This document shows positions 1 through 13,759 of a stretch of 64,000 nucleotides of DNA, in pieces. Made by a program: the position numbers and the translations under genes. The stretch is from the NCBI GenBank assembly GCA_030324005.1, contig JARDVH010000073.1, forward strand, positions 80,588,220-80,652,219, written 5' to 3'. The stretch comes from Negaprion brevirostris. Its lineage: Eukaryota. Numbering within the stretch: position 1 is the first letter of the stretch; each line of letters opens with the position of its first letter. The notes beneath the pieces were generated by a model that had not been told where the DNA came from, ran no database searches, and saw only the letters and a program-made list of their open reading frames with translations.

Positions 1-470
1 AGGTGGGGTATAAATTGAAGACAAGAGTTTTTTTTCTGGAAGGGATGGAAAGGGGTTCAGAGAAGACATGTGGGAGATGAGTTGAACATGGCTGAGTGCC
101 CTGTCAACCACAGTGGGGTGGAAACCTCAGTTAAGTAAAAAGGCAGATATGTTGGAAACGTCATTTTTGAAGGTGGCATCATAGGAACAAATATGACAGA
201 GATGGAGAAACTGGGAGAATGGGTGAAGTCCTTACTTGAAGCAAGGTGTGAGGAGTAGTTGTTGTGGGAATTGGTGGGCTTGTAATGAATATTGGTGACC
301 TATTATCAGAAATGGAGAAAGGGAAATTAAGGAACGAAAAGGTGGTGTCAGAGATGGACTCAATGTTCATTCTGTTTCTCTCTCCACAAATGCTGCCAGA
401 CCTACTGAAAATTTCTATCATTTTCTGTTCTTATTTATGATTTCCAGCGTCCACAGTATTTTGCTTTTAT
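1..470 (-). mobile_element. Penelope-like element fragment
   Basis: Terminal motif ctctctccacaaatgctgccagacctactga...atttccagcgtccacagtattttgcttt is shared in reverse with 11165-11290 and 23128-23220. The upstream part resembles PLE RT N-terminal sequence. Confidence 0.5.
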
Positions 471-1034
471 TTCATGGTTGCAATCATTTAGTCATATTTC
501 TTCTATTAGTAGGTTATTAGTAGGCTGGTTTCATAAGTTCATTGTGACTTTTCATGGGTCGGTTTCTAGCCATTTCCCTAACATTTGCTTGGTACTCTGC
601 CCAGGTGCTCATTTGTGGTTTTCTGTTGTTTTTACTATTGAATCATTAAATTGTATTGGTGAAAGTGAGATGTTTTGGGAAGTCGGTGTTGTACAGAAAT
701 GTGCGAGAGACCAGATTCTTAATACACAAGAGATAGCAATTCTCTCAATGTATTAATCATTGCAAGTCAGGTACGCCCTGTTCTATAAGAATATACACGT
801 TACACTCTACTCAATTTAATTCTGCTAAGGTGGATCAGCACCTTTTAGGGGAATAAATTGTTCTCAATGAAGAAAGTCTCAGACCAGTCTTTAACTGTTG
901 TTTGGTCAGTTTCAGGCTCGAACTCAGAAATAACAACATTGAGATTTTGTTCATCTTTAATGAAATCTGACATTTGCATATATTAGATAGTGTAGTATAT
1001 GGATCGATGTTACTTCATTAATATCTGGCATCTA

Positions 1035-1312
1035 GTGGCATAGTGGTTGGTACTGCTGCCTCACAGCGCCAGGGACCTGGGTTCGATTTCTGGCTTGGGT
1101 CACAGTCTGTGTGGAGTCTGTACATTCTCTCAGTTTCTGTGTGGGTTTCCTTCCACAGTCCGAAAGACGTGGTGGTTAGGTGTATTGCTCATGCTAAATC
1201 CTCCCTCGGTGTACCTGAACAGGCACCAGAGTGTGGTGACCAGGGGATTAACACTGCAATGAGGTTACTGTGAAAATGTAAGCCTATTGTGACACTAATA
1301 AATAAACTTTAA
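1035..1312 (+). mobile_element. HE1-type tRNA-derived SINE (variant tail)
   Basis: A-box-like tggcatagtgg, core ctgcctcacagcgccagggacc, B-box ggttcgatt, body ctgtgtggagt..., tail gtaagcct..gtgacactaataaataaactt. Confidence 0.85.
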
Positions 1313-1878
1313 ACGCCACTCAACTGACTGTTTCACACCAGTGGATGACTTGTATTCATACTACAAAACTATCTTTTTAAGACAACAGGAAGTATTCATC
1401 TGAGGTTGGAACTGAGCAGCATTATTGGCACAGAATAGAGACCACACTACTTTCATCCATGGCCTGGGAATACCTGATGCTAACACTGGGACCTGTCCTT
1501 AACATAACTGAGGTGGGGAGGGGGAAGGGCAGTTGAAAGTAGCAGGTAGAACTTGATTCTGAGATTTCTGCCCTCATTCCCACTTCATGGAAATTCTATG
1601 GCTGTAGCATAAAGGTTGGGGTAGTAAGCCTGTCCTCATCAATTCATGTCACACGATCTGTAATCCCCATGACTTGCCTGGGTNNNNNNNNNNNNNNNNN
1701 NNNNNNNNNNNNNNNNNNNNNNNNNNNNNNNNNNNNNNNNNNNNNNNNNNNNNNNNNNNNNNNNNNNNNNNNNNNNNNNNNNNNNNNNNNNNNNNNNNNN
1801 NNNNACCTTTAAGAATTGATTAGCTGTAAAGACTCACATTCTAATCAGTATTCTGTAAACTGTGTGTGCCTTTATATG

Positions 1879-1916
1879 CTCACCTGACGAAGGGGCAAAC
1901 CCCGAAAGCTAGTGGG
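1879..1916 (+). ncRNA. Minimal type I hammerhead ribozyme motif in a Penelope-like repeat end
   Basis: ctcac-CTGACGA-a-gggg-caaa-cccc-GAAA-gc-TA-gtggg. Core is intact, stem II is GGGG/CCCC, stem I is CUCAC/GUGGG, and stem III is the palindrome AGCT. Confidence 0.7.
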
Positions 1917-4900
1917 TTTACTATCAAATAAACTTGTTGGATTTTAATCTGGCGTTGAGAGACTTCTTAGTCATCAATTCCACCATTGCTTCTTACAATG
2001 TAGGAGTTAGCATTTCAGGCCTGCCACAATTTTGATGCAGTTGGGCTGGCCTTGAATAGGAAACATTGTTCACAGCCCCTTGGAGAAGTCAAGAACCATG
2101 GTGGGTGCCTAGTCTGGAGCTGGGTACCATTTGACAGATGCTTTGCAAATCTCACATGTTATATTTAGATGATGTATGATGATTTATGTTCCAAGGCAAT
2201 GATTGATGATAGGGCTTTGTTGTTAAATAGTAAGTGACTACTGAATTAACCAGTCTTCTGTAAGTGTTCATATATATTGGAATAATTTATTCAGCAGATG
2301 AAGGGCTGTTCTGTAATCAACATTATTCAGTCTATTTTTAACATGTCATATGGATACTGTGCTTTCATCTTCAGATTGATTGAAAGTCCAGAGATCTGTT
2401 GAGCTTTTGAAGTATTCTTCCAGTGTCCACTATGGACAGAATGCATGAGCCTCATAATGATAATTGAAATGCTCATAAACAAAAAACAAACAAGCATCCA
2501 TAACAGAACACTTCAAAGAAACATTTTTACTCAGAAGCTTATTAAACTGTCAATTAAACATAGCAATTCATACTCCCAGTGGAAGAAAGCTGTAACCATT
2601 TTAACCTCTTAATCCATTGCATGGGTGTACAAACAAAGGCTCTAAAACAGAATACAATGAAATCTTTGAACTGGACTCACCAAGTGATTAGCTTTTTTGA
2701 GTGACAGTGTGTCCAGAAACTACAAAGGAATGTAGTCAGTTTTGGGGCCTTGTTGATACAGCTGTGCAATGAAATCCCTCTTTGACGAAGCTGCAAACCC
2801 ACTAGTGGATTCAGCTCTGCAGGTGGTTATTTACACGGCTGTGAAGAGGATTTTGACAGTTTTACGAGCTTGTAATAACTTTTTGGGCTAGATTTCATGG
2901 GGTGCCATAATTCCTGGCACACTTAAAACAAAATCATTAGGTAGCAAGCATATGGCAAAGATATCCACTAACCTAGAAATGGCATTAATTGCCTGAAGTT
3001 ATAAAATGGAGGATGGGTCAGGTTGGAGGGGCACAGTTGGGAAGGCCATGCACTGCATTTAATGAGTCCTCCTCCAACCCTTCCTTCAAGCATACTGGTA
3101 GGGTGCTGTAAAATCTAGTCCTTTCTTTGAACTGGTTTTTCAATGCATGTACGTTTATTTGAACAAGAGGCACTGAGGGGATTAAAGCTTCTTTTCCTGT
3201 AGAAGTGTGAATGGTTGCATTTTATCGACAGTTTTAAGAGTATCTGGGAGAATCTTGTTTTTTTCAAGTCATTTTGAATAGATGTATGTTTATTTTGATA
3301 ATCTTCTGAGCATTTCAAAGTTTGCCAGCTTTATTATAAGGCCTATTGGTTCTCCTTTTGAAAAAGTGGATATGCAAGTTACACGGGGTGTATGGAGATG
3401 TAGTAAAACAAAACATATTGCTTTAGATTGCAATATAAGTTGCAATTGTTTGAGCAATAAAAACAGCTCCAATTCTTTTAATTGGTTGCCATAAAATTGA
3501 AAGTTGGCAAAATGCAGTAGAACTAGAATGTGCATTTTGTAAAATTGTTGCTTTCTTTTACTTTATTCATTCGTGGGACATGGGCATTGCTGGCCGGCCC
3601 TAGTTGTCATTGGAGGGCAGATGAGAGTCAACCACATTGCTGTGGCTCTGCAGTCACATGCAGGCCAGACCTTAAGGACATTAGTGAACTAGATGGGTTT
3701 TCCCGACAATCAACAATGATGTCATGGTCATCAGTAGATTCTTGACTCCAGATATTTTTTATTGAATTCAACTTCCATTAGCTGCTGTAGCAGGATTCAA
3801 ACCCAGACCACCAGAACATTAGCTGAGTTTCTGGATTAGTAGTCTAGCAATAATACCACTGGGCCATCGCCTCTCATAGTGGACAGTAGTGCCTCAAAAT
3901 TTTCAAAAGCAGTCAGCTTCTTTGAGTGCTTTCTTCTCCCTTTTCCAAATTTCCTCCCCCACTGTTCTCAAAATTCCAGATTCTTGCTCGGTTAGCATGC
4001 AGTGTTTGTAGCCCTTTGGTACCTCATCCAAATGGATATTCTTCATGCTTCGGTCCACAGAGTGATACTGGCAAGTAGTTTGAAAGCAGAATCATCACCG
4101 CTGAGCCAAAGCCTTCCCTTCCTGATTAATAAAAATGGGTATAACATCAGCACAATTTGTAAAGACAGTAAGTTGTTGAGTCATGCAGGCCAGCTTTGAT
4201 TCCTGGTATGCATCAACTTAGATAACTTCAGCCCAGATTGTAGCAAGGGTGCTGCAATCAATTGAGTATCATGTTGGGAGAGAAAAAATAGGATTCCCAA
4301 ACTTGATCATTATCCTATCCAGGGATTTCTGCTGCAGGACACATGTGCAAGGTTCTCAGTTAAGAACAGGTTTGGATTCGACTGTGATAGCCTGGAGTTG
4401 TACAACCTGCTGACACTGACATTAGTTTTACACGTGACCACATGAGATGCCTTCAGGAGCAGAGGAGGGAAGAAAACTGACAGAAAGTAAACAAAGGCAA
4501 CAAAATCAGAATATTTTTTCAAAAATGTAACACACTAGCCCTTAACCTTGTGGAAGTTTCAAAGCCGAAAGTAGTTTCTAGAAATGCATCACATTCTCTG
4601 TGGTCAAGCAGTTCCACACAAATCATCTTGTTTTCTGTTTCAATGCGATTTGTATATTGTGTAATGCAGATGTAATGCTGAATGCATGCTGTATAGTTGT
4701 ATGAAATATGACAAATACTCTACAGATTTATTATAGATGGCACCTTTTTACATCATACTTCAGGCGACACACATTTTATAGGTGCAAAATAATATTAAAA
4801 ACATTTAAGCCCAAAACCTAAAGCCTATTTACATGTTCTACTTTGTATATTTCTTGAAACAAACAACAATGAAACTCTATTTACTTAATAGTTAGGCCGT

Positions 4901-7900
4901 GCAGCCTAAAATGGACACAGACCTATTACTGTACAACATTACATGGAAATTATATGCATCAAATAGCATGGAGATAACTGGAATGAAAGGGTTTTTTTCC
5001 ATATTGACCAAGAACACTATTTCCACAAACTGAATATTACTCAAAGAGAGTCTGGATAAAACTTAAAAAAAGGGAAGTATTCACTTACAATCCAAGAGAC
5101 TTTGAATATAACAGCAGCATTAATCACAATGACATTGTCAGCTTTCAAAACCATGCTAACACAAGACCACAGGCTCACATGCTTCCATGCAGCACTACTA
5201 CAAAATTATCAGCCCAAAATTAACACAAACTATTAGTGTGGATTTTATATCATATGGATCATCTGAACAGATTTCCTTGTTCTGAAATGATAAGTGTAAT
5301 TGCAGCAAATTTGAAAAAAAATCCATTATAATATTTAGATAACATGACTTGAGTAGGAGTTAGTTTGCTTCATATTTACCAATTGCAGTTTAACTTGCAG
5401 AAACTTTCAATAATCTCAACCTCCTTATATCTTGGATAAATTATTCAGTTACCTTACTGTGAGTAGAAGCTGTCAATATCAGTACCCAATACTTCTGGGC
5501 CAATTCTATCTGGAGTCCTTGCTAAGGCTATGGGAGAACCATATTATTCAGCAACATTGGACCTTACTGCACAGATTCTGACACATATACAAAGACATAC
5601 ACATACACACACTTCTGCTATGCAGTGAAGGAAGGAAAACAGTCACTATTCAACAAGCAAAGGCAGAGACAGATTAGTCATTATTAGAATATATAGGTGT
5701 CCAATGACTCAGAGCATGAGTGACAGCACGCAATGGAGAGAGAGAGGAGGCAAGACAGTCAGAGTGAGGCTAAACAGGAAGTGAATGGAGCAGATGTTAG
5801 GATCAAACAATTAGCAACTACCAACGCCAGTGCTGTAAAGGGGATTTGATGTTAGTTGGCATAGCTTTTGTTAAGGCAGTGGAAAATCTGGGTCTGAAAG
5901 TACAGTCTGTAAGCAAAGCAATTCCTTAAACAGGGTGGGAAAAGACACAAAAGAGATAAGAAAGACTGAGGAAGAACAAAATTGAAGAATCTCAAACATA
6001 GAAACAGACAGTTGCAGCCATACTGCAGCAGCAAGTACTGGAAGCCAATTAACAGTTCACTGTTAACCACAAATAACACGGACAGCTGGAAGGAGAAGCT
6101 ACAAATAAAAAGACAGGATTGAGCAAAGAGTTTCTTGGAGAACTTTAACATCGGCCAGACATACAGTTCACAGACAGCTTGAGGGATAAACAAATATTGT
6201 GATCCTGAACCCAAGATATCTGCAGGAAACATTGCTTTTCAATACAAGATGAAGACAGACCCATATTAGACTTGTATTCTGATAGATTGAATGAAACTGA
6301 TCAATGAGGTAAAATAAATCTAATAACTTTGCTCACCCTACAAATAAAAAATTATCCAATAATAAATAAATGCTTGAAACATACATAAATACTGGTTGGA
6401 GAAACTTAATTAGAAAGCTTATGGCCTTTTAGCTGATGTATAAATTACCACAGAAATCTGTAGGGAGTAAACAAGCTGAGTTATCAGAAACAGTATCAAT
6501 GCTATAAAATGCAGTCTTATTTCATTTAAGCTCCTTTATACTGTCAATATAAAGAACAAGTTGCTTCACAATGAAATAATATCATCATTGTTTTTTAGGT
6601 TAACTGTCTGGGTGTAGTTAACCTCAACATTAAAATCAATTCTCCACTTACAATCGCCATTCTTGACATTGAAATCCAGAGCAATTTATGATAAAAAATA
6701 CCTTGCTCTCTGTCTATGCTCTACGCTGATTTGCTAATCAAAATGAAGGGTCGATAAAGAACGAGCCATATTTAATACTCTATTAACCAAAAAGTACATT
6801 GAAAGAATACCTGCTGCCAATGGATGTCGGTAGCATCAATCGGTCCTGAAGCTCTAATCTATATACTACACACTGAATAACAGACAGCTGCTATGGTACT
6901 AGACATTGGATGACGGGGATCTGCTATTCTGTTATGAGCAGAATAACAATATAAACTGGGAATATGTTTCATACATGGAACAAAAATAGCACCATATTAC
7001 TCACAGGGGGAAGGATAGCGAAAAGGCAGAAATATGAAAGACAATAACACAAAGGTTTCAGAAGATGTCATGAACTGTAAGATGTGAATGGATTCATACT
7101 CTGTGCTTTTTTGTTGAAGTTGTGCACAGATATGCATGTCATTTTGTGAATGTCCATAGTGAAGGAAAGAGACTATACTGACCCCATGAGCAGAATTACA
7201 TAGCCAAGAAGACCTGTTGTTTCCTATTTATATTTATTGAACTGAAGTATTACAGAGAAGGAATTCCATTCCCTGGTTAAGGAACCTTGGTAATCTGGTC
7301 TATAGAGCCCAGGCAATTCACTTCTATCAGTACTTATATTTAATTATTTCTGTTTGGTCTTAATTGAATTCTATTAGCCATACATTTGAAAAAGAGTATT
7401 CTTAGTGCTCTTATCTCATTGGCGTATACGCCCCAAATATGGGTATCATTTTAAAATACATACATATATATGTCACTAAAGGTACAGATATTCCTGTATA
7501 AGGAGAAGAATGATCCTGTGTACATTTGGGATACATACTGGGTTCTATATATTTTACACACAATATAGAAATCAACTAGATTAAAGGATGCTGTGACAGT
7601 GGTTCTCTCTCAGGGTCTGCTTACTTGGCTTGCAAATCATATGATCAGCAAGAACTTGGATTTACACATTGTTTTCTTACATCCACAAAATGTTCAAAAG
7701 CATTTTGCAATTGTGTGTTTAGAAATGCAATCCTGGGTGTCATATAGGCAATGTAGCCATCAGCGATTTTTATTATCTTAAAATTTGTAAGTTAGTTAAA
7801 AGACAGATTTCATAATGGAGTTCTGGAACTATATCAAATGAGGAGAAACCCAATGCTGACCTGCATGATTATGACAGATTAAAAGTCCCACTGACATCTT

Positions 7901-8534
7901 GGCAAGTCTGAACTGAATTAAACAGCGAACTAGGAGGTGCAGACCAGTTTTATCAGTTAATTCTCCTGGTTGCCTTTGACATATAAACACAGTGATAAAA
8001 ACACAATACCAAACACACCATTTCACTACCTTGCATGGACAGATACACCAGTCTCACTGCAAACATTGGGTCCGATTCTTCAACCTCGTTCACAGTTAGG
8101 ATTCTCCCGTCTTGCTGCAGTGAACGGAGATGTGACTGAGTGCCAAATTCTCTGACTTCGCTGGCAGTGGTGATGGGGCATGAACAGCTGGAGAATTTTG
8201 GCTATTGTGTCAGATAAACTGGCCAATGAAAAGTACTAACTGGGTTTTAAAAGGCTGTAAATTGGAGGAGGAAAGAAAGACAGATGGCCTTAAGGAGTTT
8301 TTCCTGTTCTAAGATCCTGAGAATGAATGAATTAGAAAATGAAATAACGTGATGCATATTTGTTTGAAAATAGTGAGAATTCAGAAATGAGGGGGAGAGT
8401 ACAGATAGCATATTGTAGTTCACATGCAGCAAGGGCAGAGATTACGATTTAAGCAGTATCAAATGGCCAGGAAACTTGCAGTCAGTGGTGAAGGAATGGC
8501 ATTTGCCATTCACTACGCTGACTATTGTAGCATC

Positions 8535-8945
8535 ATAGAATCCCTACAGTACAGAAGGAGGCCATTTAAAAGTTAATTTATTAGTCACAAGCGAGGCTTA
8601 CATTAACATTGCAATAAAGTAACTGTGAAATTCCCTTAGTCGCCACACTCCGGCACACTGTTTAGCTCATAGAGCCTGCATGGACAACATTCCCACCCAG
8701 GCCCCAACCCCTTAACTCCATGCATTCACTCTGCCAATCTCCCTAACACCAAGAAGCAGTTTAGTATGGCCAATTAACCAAACCCGCACATCTTTGGAGT
8801 GTGGAAGGAAATTAGAGCACCTGGAAGTAACCCATGCAGAAACAGGGAGAACGTGCAAACTCCACACAGAAAGCGATCAAGGCCGAAATTGAACACAGGT
8901 CCCTGGCACTGTGAGGTAGCAGTGCTAACTACCGTGTCACCATGC
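8535..8945 (-). mobile_element. HE1-type SINE with a nested variant-tail fragment
   Basis: Reverse complement of the HE1 head (ccctggcactgtgaggtagcagtgctaac) and tail (catagaatccctacagt). Confidence 0.85.
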
Positions 8946-8949
8946 TACC

Positions 8950-9187
8950 TGTTGGTTACATCTCGGTAAGTTGTAATGAAGTCTTCGTAGTTTGAAGTAA
9001 CTAAAAGTCTTTATTAACTATTTACAAAAATATAGTAAAGGTACAAACTGGGAGCTGTCTCCATGGTTGAATCTGCAATCACGCTGACTCCCAGGTATGG
9101 GTCATGTGTTCTCTTACATCACCGTGTGGATGATACTATACTCAGCCCCACATTAACACCCTATGCACCAGTCCCTTGTACTATACG
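8950..9187 (-). repeat. Probable 3' LTR of the Gypsy element
   Basis: Directly follows a short polypurine tract (GGGGAGA on minus, 9188-9194), contains AATAAA on minus (~9009-9014) and ends in ...CA. No matching 5' LTR was seen. Confidence 0.6.
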
Positions 9188-9194
9188 TCTCCCC

Positions 9195-12100
9195 AAAGTC
9201 TTTATCCAATGTATTTAAAGTAATACTAGTTTTTTTTGTATCCTACATTGTTATTGTTAGTCTCAATGTTGCTACTCTATCACTATCCTGTCTACTCCTT
9301 CACATCCTTGAATTCAAAGAATCAGGTGGTCTGAAGACCTTATAATGCTTCCAAATCTCGTTGCACTACTGTTGGAGAAATGGTAGGCTCTGCCACTGCT
9401 GGTTCTTTCAGTGTGGAGGTTGTTCTGGCATCTGGCTATGTTCCATGATATATGTGTTGAACTGTGGGGATCGGCAGTGTGGAGATGAGGAGAAAATTTC
9501 TCTTGTTTCTCCTGACTATGCCCTGTGCAGACCCAACTAGGCAAGAGTGAGAATGGTCCTTGTCCTTTCTAATGATGGTACCTTCTCTCTCAAATCTTTA
9601 ATCCAGATCTTGTAACCTTTTTGTAATTGTGCAAGTGACTGGTGTGGTATCTTCTGTTGTGCATAGAAGCTTGCTTGTACAACAGCTCTCTTGCTTGGAT
9701 TTCCTGGTAATCCTTGGTGACCAACCCCGATATGATCTTTATTATATGGACTCCTCTTTCAGCTTCCCATTTGACTTTGGTTATCTTGGGAGTTGGTACG
9801 GTGGTAAAGCCAGATGTGGTGCTGAAGTCCATGAACTATTCATTTGAATATTCTGGGTTGTTATCAGATAAAATCTTGTCCACAATGCTATGGCTCTTGA
9901 ATGTCTTTCAATAGGCGTATATAATTGTCTCACCTCAATCCATTTGGAGAAATAGTCCACCATTATAAGGAATGATTTGCTGTTGATTGTGAACAGCTCA
10001 ACTCCCAGCCTCTTCCAAAGCCTGGTTGGGAATTGTGTGGGGATGAGGGGCTCTCTTTGGTCCTGCTTGCACAATGCACACACCTGGAAATGGTGTCTTC
10101 AATCACCTTAGAAATAACTGGCTGGGTTGTGCCTGCACTGTGCACTTGATGCCATGGTGACACTGCTGAAATTTTTTGAAGGATCGCTGGCCACTGAGAG
10201 GCTGAACATAAGAACATAACAACTTAAGAAATAGGAGCAGGAGTAGGCCATCGAGCCCTTCGAGCCTGCCCCGCCATTCAATAAGATCATGGCTGATCTG
10301 TNNNNNNNNNNNNNNNNNNNNNNNNNNNNNNNNNNNNNNNNNNNNNNNNNNNNNNNNNNNNNNNNNNNNNNNNNNNNNNNNNNNNNNNNNNNNNNNNNNN
10401 NCCTAATTAGTTTAAAGCCCTATCTACAATCCTGGGCTCGGATGATCAGCCATTCAGTGTAGACCCAGGAGTCAGCTACAATCTTAAAAGTGTTTCTTTT
10501 GTTTGAACCTGGTTTTCATGATCCCTCCATTTGGTTTGTGCTAAGGCTATCCTCAATGGCAGTATCTGCGGATGTGATACACTCCTCATTGCGCATTTTC
10601 TCTTGGCACGTCTGTTGGATTTCATTGCAGTTGTTGGCAAGTGTCTCAATGTCATATTGGGAGTACGCTTCCAATTGTTCAATTTTGGTAGGGAAGCTCA
10701 CTACGGCACTTGAAAATCTCTCTGCATGTTTTCCGGTTTTTATCTCCTCACAGTCGCAGGTGAAACCTTTGGATTCTAGGGGGCAGCTTTGCTAGCTCTT
10801 TCTTGTCCAATAAGGGAATTAGTGGTTTATGGTCTGTTTGATTGTGACCTTGAGACCAGTGACATAGGCTGAAAACTTCTTGCATGCCCATGTGACAATG
10901 AGACCTTCCTTTTCTATGATGGCATATCTCGTCTCCTTGTCCGACAGCCCACTGGCTGGGTGGGTGACTTCCATCCAGTTGTTTTTGGAGCAGAACCACT
11001 CGATGCCTGTGGATGAAGCAGCCACTGCTTTGGTGATAGATGGGACTGGGTTGCATGGGCTAGAAATCCTGTGGAAAATAGCATTACCTTGAAGTGAGTG
11101 AAAGTTTGTTCTTGATATGAGTCCGAGCACCCTGGTTGGTTTTCTAAAATAGATTCCTCAAGGTAAAAGCAAAATACAAGGATGCTGGAAATGTGAAATA
11201 AAACCAGCAAGTGCTGGTTAAACTCAAGAGGTCTGATGGCATCCGTGGAGAGAGAAAAAGAATTAAAATTTTGAGTCTGTATGACTTCTGTTCGCTTGAA
11301 GAATAGGAATATATGGAAGATAATTTTCTAGATTCTTCAAGTGTTCTGTGATCTGCAGAATTAAATAGAACTTCTTACAACTGGTTTACTATCCCCAAAA
11401 ATTGCTTGAGGTCTGGAATTGAGGGTGGGGTTGGGAACTTGCTGATTACCTTGGTTTTCAGCTAGTCCGCTGTGATACCTTTATTGCTGACACTGTGATC
11501 CAGGATAAAACAGATGTTTTGGAAGACTTGTTTTTATCATTCAGTACTAGCCCTGCTTCCTGTAGATGTTCTCAGACTGCTGAGAGTTTCGTAATGTTCA
11601 TCCACTGTTCCACTCTGAATCAATACATCGTATAAGTGACAAATGACCCCCTGGAGACTCTGCATAATGGCCAACATTGTACATTGGAATATTTCTGCTG
11701 CAGTGATTCAACACGGCAGATGATTAAGACAGAAGCCATTGAAGGGGTTAATAAATGCTGTTAGCAGTCTGGATTCTTTGTCAAGAGGGAGTTGCCAAAA
11801 ACTACTATTTGCATTCAGTTTCAAAAATATTGTGCTCTTCGAGAGTTTAATCAACCTTTTGTCCACTGAGGACAAAGGAAGTGCTTTTCTGGCTACAGCT
11901 TTATGAGCTGTATCAGGTAAACACAGATACAGATAAACCCGTTTGATTTTAGGACTGGGACCATCCCAGAACATTTGGTTGTGCAACTCGGAACCTGCTT
12001 CATGAGTGAATGGGGGATCTCAAATGGTGCAAAGAGGCACTCCTGTGAAGAGTTTTGGAAAATCATATCTGTACTTACGGGCTGACCTCGTCAACCACCT

Positions 12101-13200
12101 GTAACAGGTTAAGTTCAACACAGGCTTTACGAATTAATAACGAACAGTGCTAGTTATAGATCAGAAAGAGTGTCTCGTGGATTGTTTTATTCTTGTATCT
12201 CAGTGTCACCAGCAGGGTGCCTTTTCACCAGTAGTTTTAAGTCTCCTGCCCCATATAGGGGCATCATGGACAGTGTCAGCCACTGAGATGCCAGTCATGG
12301 TTCTTTTTTCAGCAGGACTGTTACGCTGGCTTCTGTGTCTGATTTAAAATTTGTTAAAAGGCCACTGACTAAAATGTCCACATTCCAAAATGAGAAACCA
12401 AGACCTTGGAGCTCACCCAAGAAGCATGGCAGTGTCTTTTCCAAGCTTGAGGACCATGTGGATGATCTTCGGGCCATTTGTGAATTTCAGGGTTTTTGCC
12501 CTGCACAATTTGCCGTTGTGTCCAATTCTGCTGCACTGAAAGCATTGGGCTGAAATTTCAGGATATTGATCTCTCCAGTGGGAGTGTTTGCTAAGCAGTG
12601 CTGGCATGCTCGCTCTGCAGACCAATCTGGGTGCTGCTTTCCCTGTCTTAAAGTGTTCTTATGTCTTTGTTGTCTAACAAGCTGGAGTATGGGTTGGCAT
12701 CTCCACCATGATTTATATTCTCCCCTTAAAATGGTCATGTGCACCTCACGGAGTTCTGACAATCTATCCTGTCCACATTTCACCCATTCTGATTTCCGTG
12801 GCAGGGAAGAGGCTTGGGTCACTGTCTGTGCAGGGTCTGTTAGAAATCCCCATGTCTGCGTGGGTTTCCTCTGGGTGCTCAGGTTTATTCCCACAGTCCA
12901 AAAGATGTGCTGGTTAGATACTAAATTCTCCCTCAGTGTACCCAAGCAGACGCTGGAGTGCGCGACTAGGGGATTTCCACGGTAGCTTCATTACAGTGTT
13001 AATGTAAGCCTATTTGTGACACCAGTAAGTAAACTTAAACTAAATATTTGGCATCCGATTCTTCTCGATAGAGTCCCTTAACAGGGCCACCAATCATCTG
13101 ACAGGTTACCACAGGAGCTAATTAAGTGTCTTCAATCAAACAAGCAGACAAGAGGGTTAAAAAGCTGATAAAAGGTTCCATTTTCTGTTCAAAAGGAATA
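9195..13200 (-). mobile_element. Degenerate Ty3/Gypsy LTR retrotransposon internal region (gag-pol pseudogene)
   Basis: Domains appear in Gypsy order on the minus strand: gag CCHC knuckle (CFQCSRIGHNGKLC, ~12500-12560), RT (LSKSTIFLKLNANSSFWQLPLDKESRLLTAFINPF, 11708-11900), RNase H (ETRYAIIEKEGL...TDHKPLIPLL...LPPRIQRFHLRL, 10750-11020) and integrase (CALC..REPLIPTQFPTRLW..FLIMVDYFSKWIEV, 9900-10150). Many frameshifts and stops. Confidence 0.92.
12812..13043 (+). mobile_element. HE1-type SINE (5' truncated) inserted in Gypsy gag
   Basis: ttgggtcactgtctgtg...gtctgcgtgggtttcctc...ccctcagtgtacc...gtaagcctatttgtgacac, the same subfamily as 1035-1312. Confidence 0.85.
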
Positions 13201-13759
13201 AAAGAATAAAAGAAAACAAAGAGAAGCTGTGACACACGCAATCCTGCCACATCCAGATGTGAAATTGGTTAATTAAACAACTAGCAAGTCAAGGACTTTT
13301 AATAAATATCCTCACCCTCAACATTGGCAGAGCTTATATGTGATACAAGACTGAATTGCTCACAATCATCCTCAGCCAATATTACAAATTCTTCCCAGTC
13401 TCATTCGACGTCACCACTATAACTAATCTCAGTCAATTTAATTAATTCAGATGGCATCAAGAAATAGCTAAGTGCACTGGACTCAACAAGGGCTACTAGG
13501 CCTGACATTATCCCACTGTAGTGCTCATGAATTATCCTTAACAAAAATGTATCTATGTAAGTCTTAAAAACTTGCAGACTCTTAGGGCAGAGCTGGTTCC
13601 AGATTTCTAAGATCCTTTAAGTAGAAAAATTGCTTTCGATTTTTCTCTTTAATGGGTTCTCTCTAATTTAAGGATTATGTCTCCCTGTGCTTTATCTTAC
13701 ATCAGAGGAAATAGTTTATTTTAACATTTTAAAGCCTACAGCTACGTAATTAAGAAGTG

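Noticed and set aside
1035-1100. tRNA-like A/B boxes here and at other SINE heads
   Set aside because: These are tRNA-derived SINE heads followed by SINE bodies, not tRNA genes.
5458-5530. Exon-like stretch LARTPDRIGPEVLGTDIDSFYS ending at GTAAGG on minus
   Set aside because: The best acceptor is not phase-compatible with SYT7, and the phase-compatible reading hits a stop.
6811-6858. 48-nt phase-2 open segment (LELQDRLMLPTSIGS) bounded by AG/GT on minus
   Set aside because: No polypyrimidine tract, a weak GTATTC donor and no recognisable homology.
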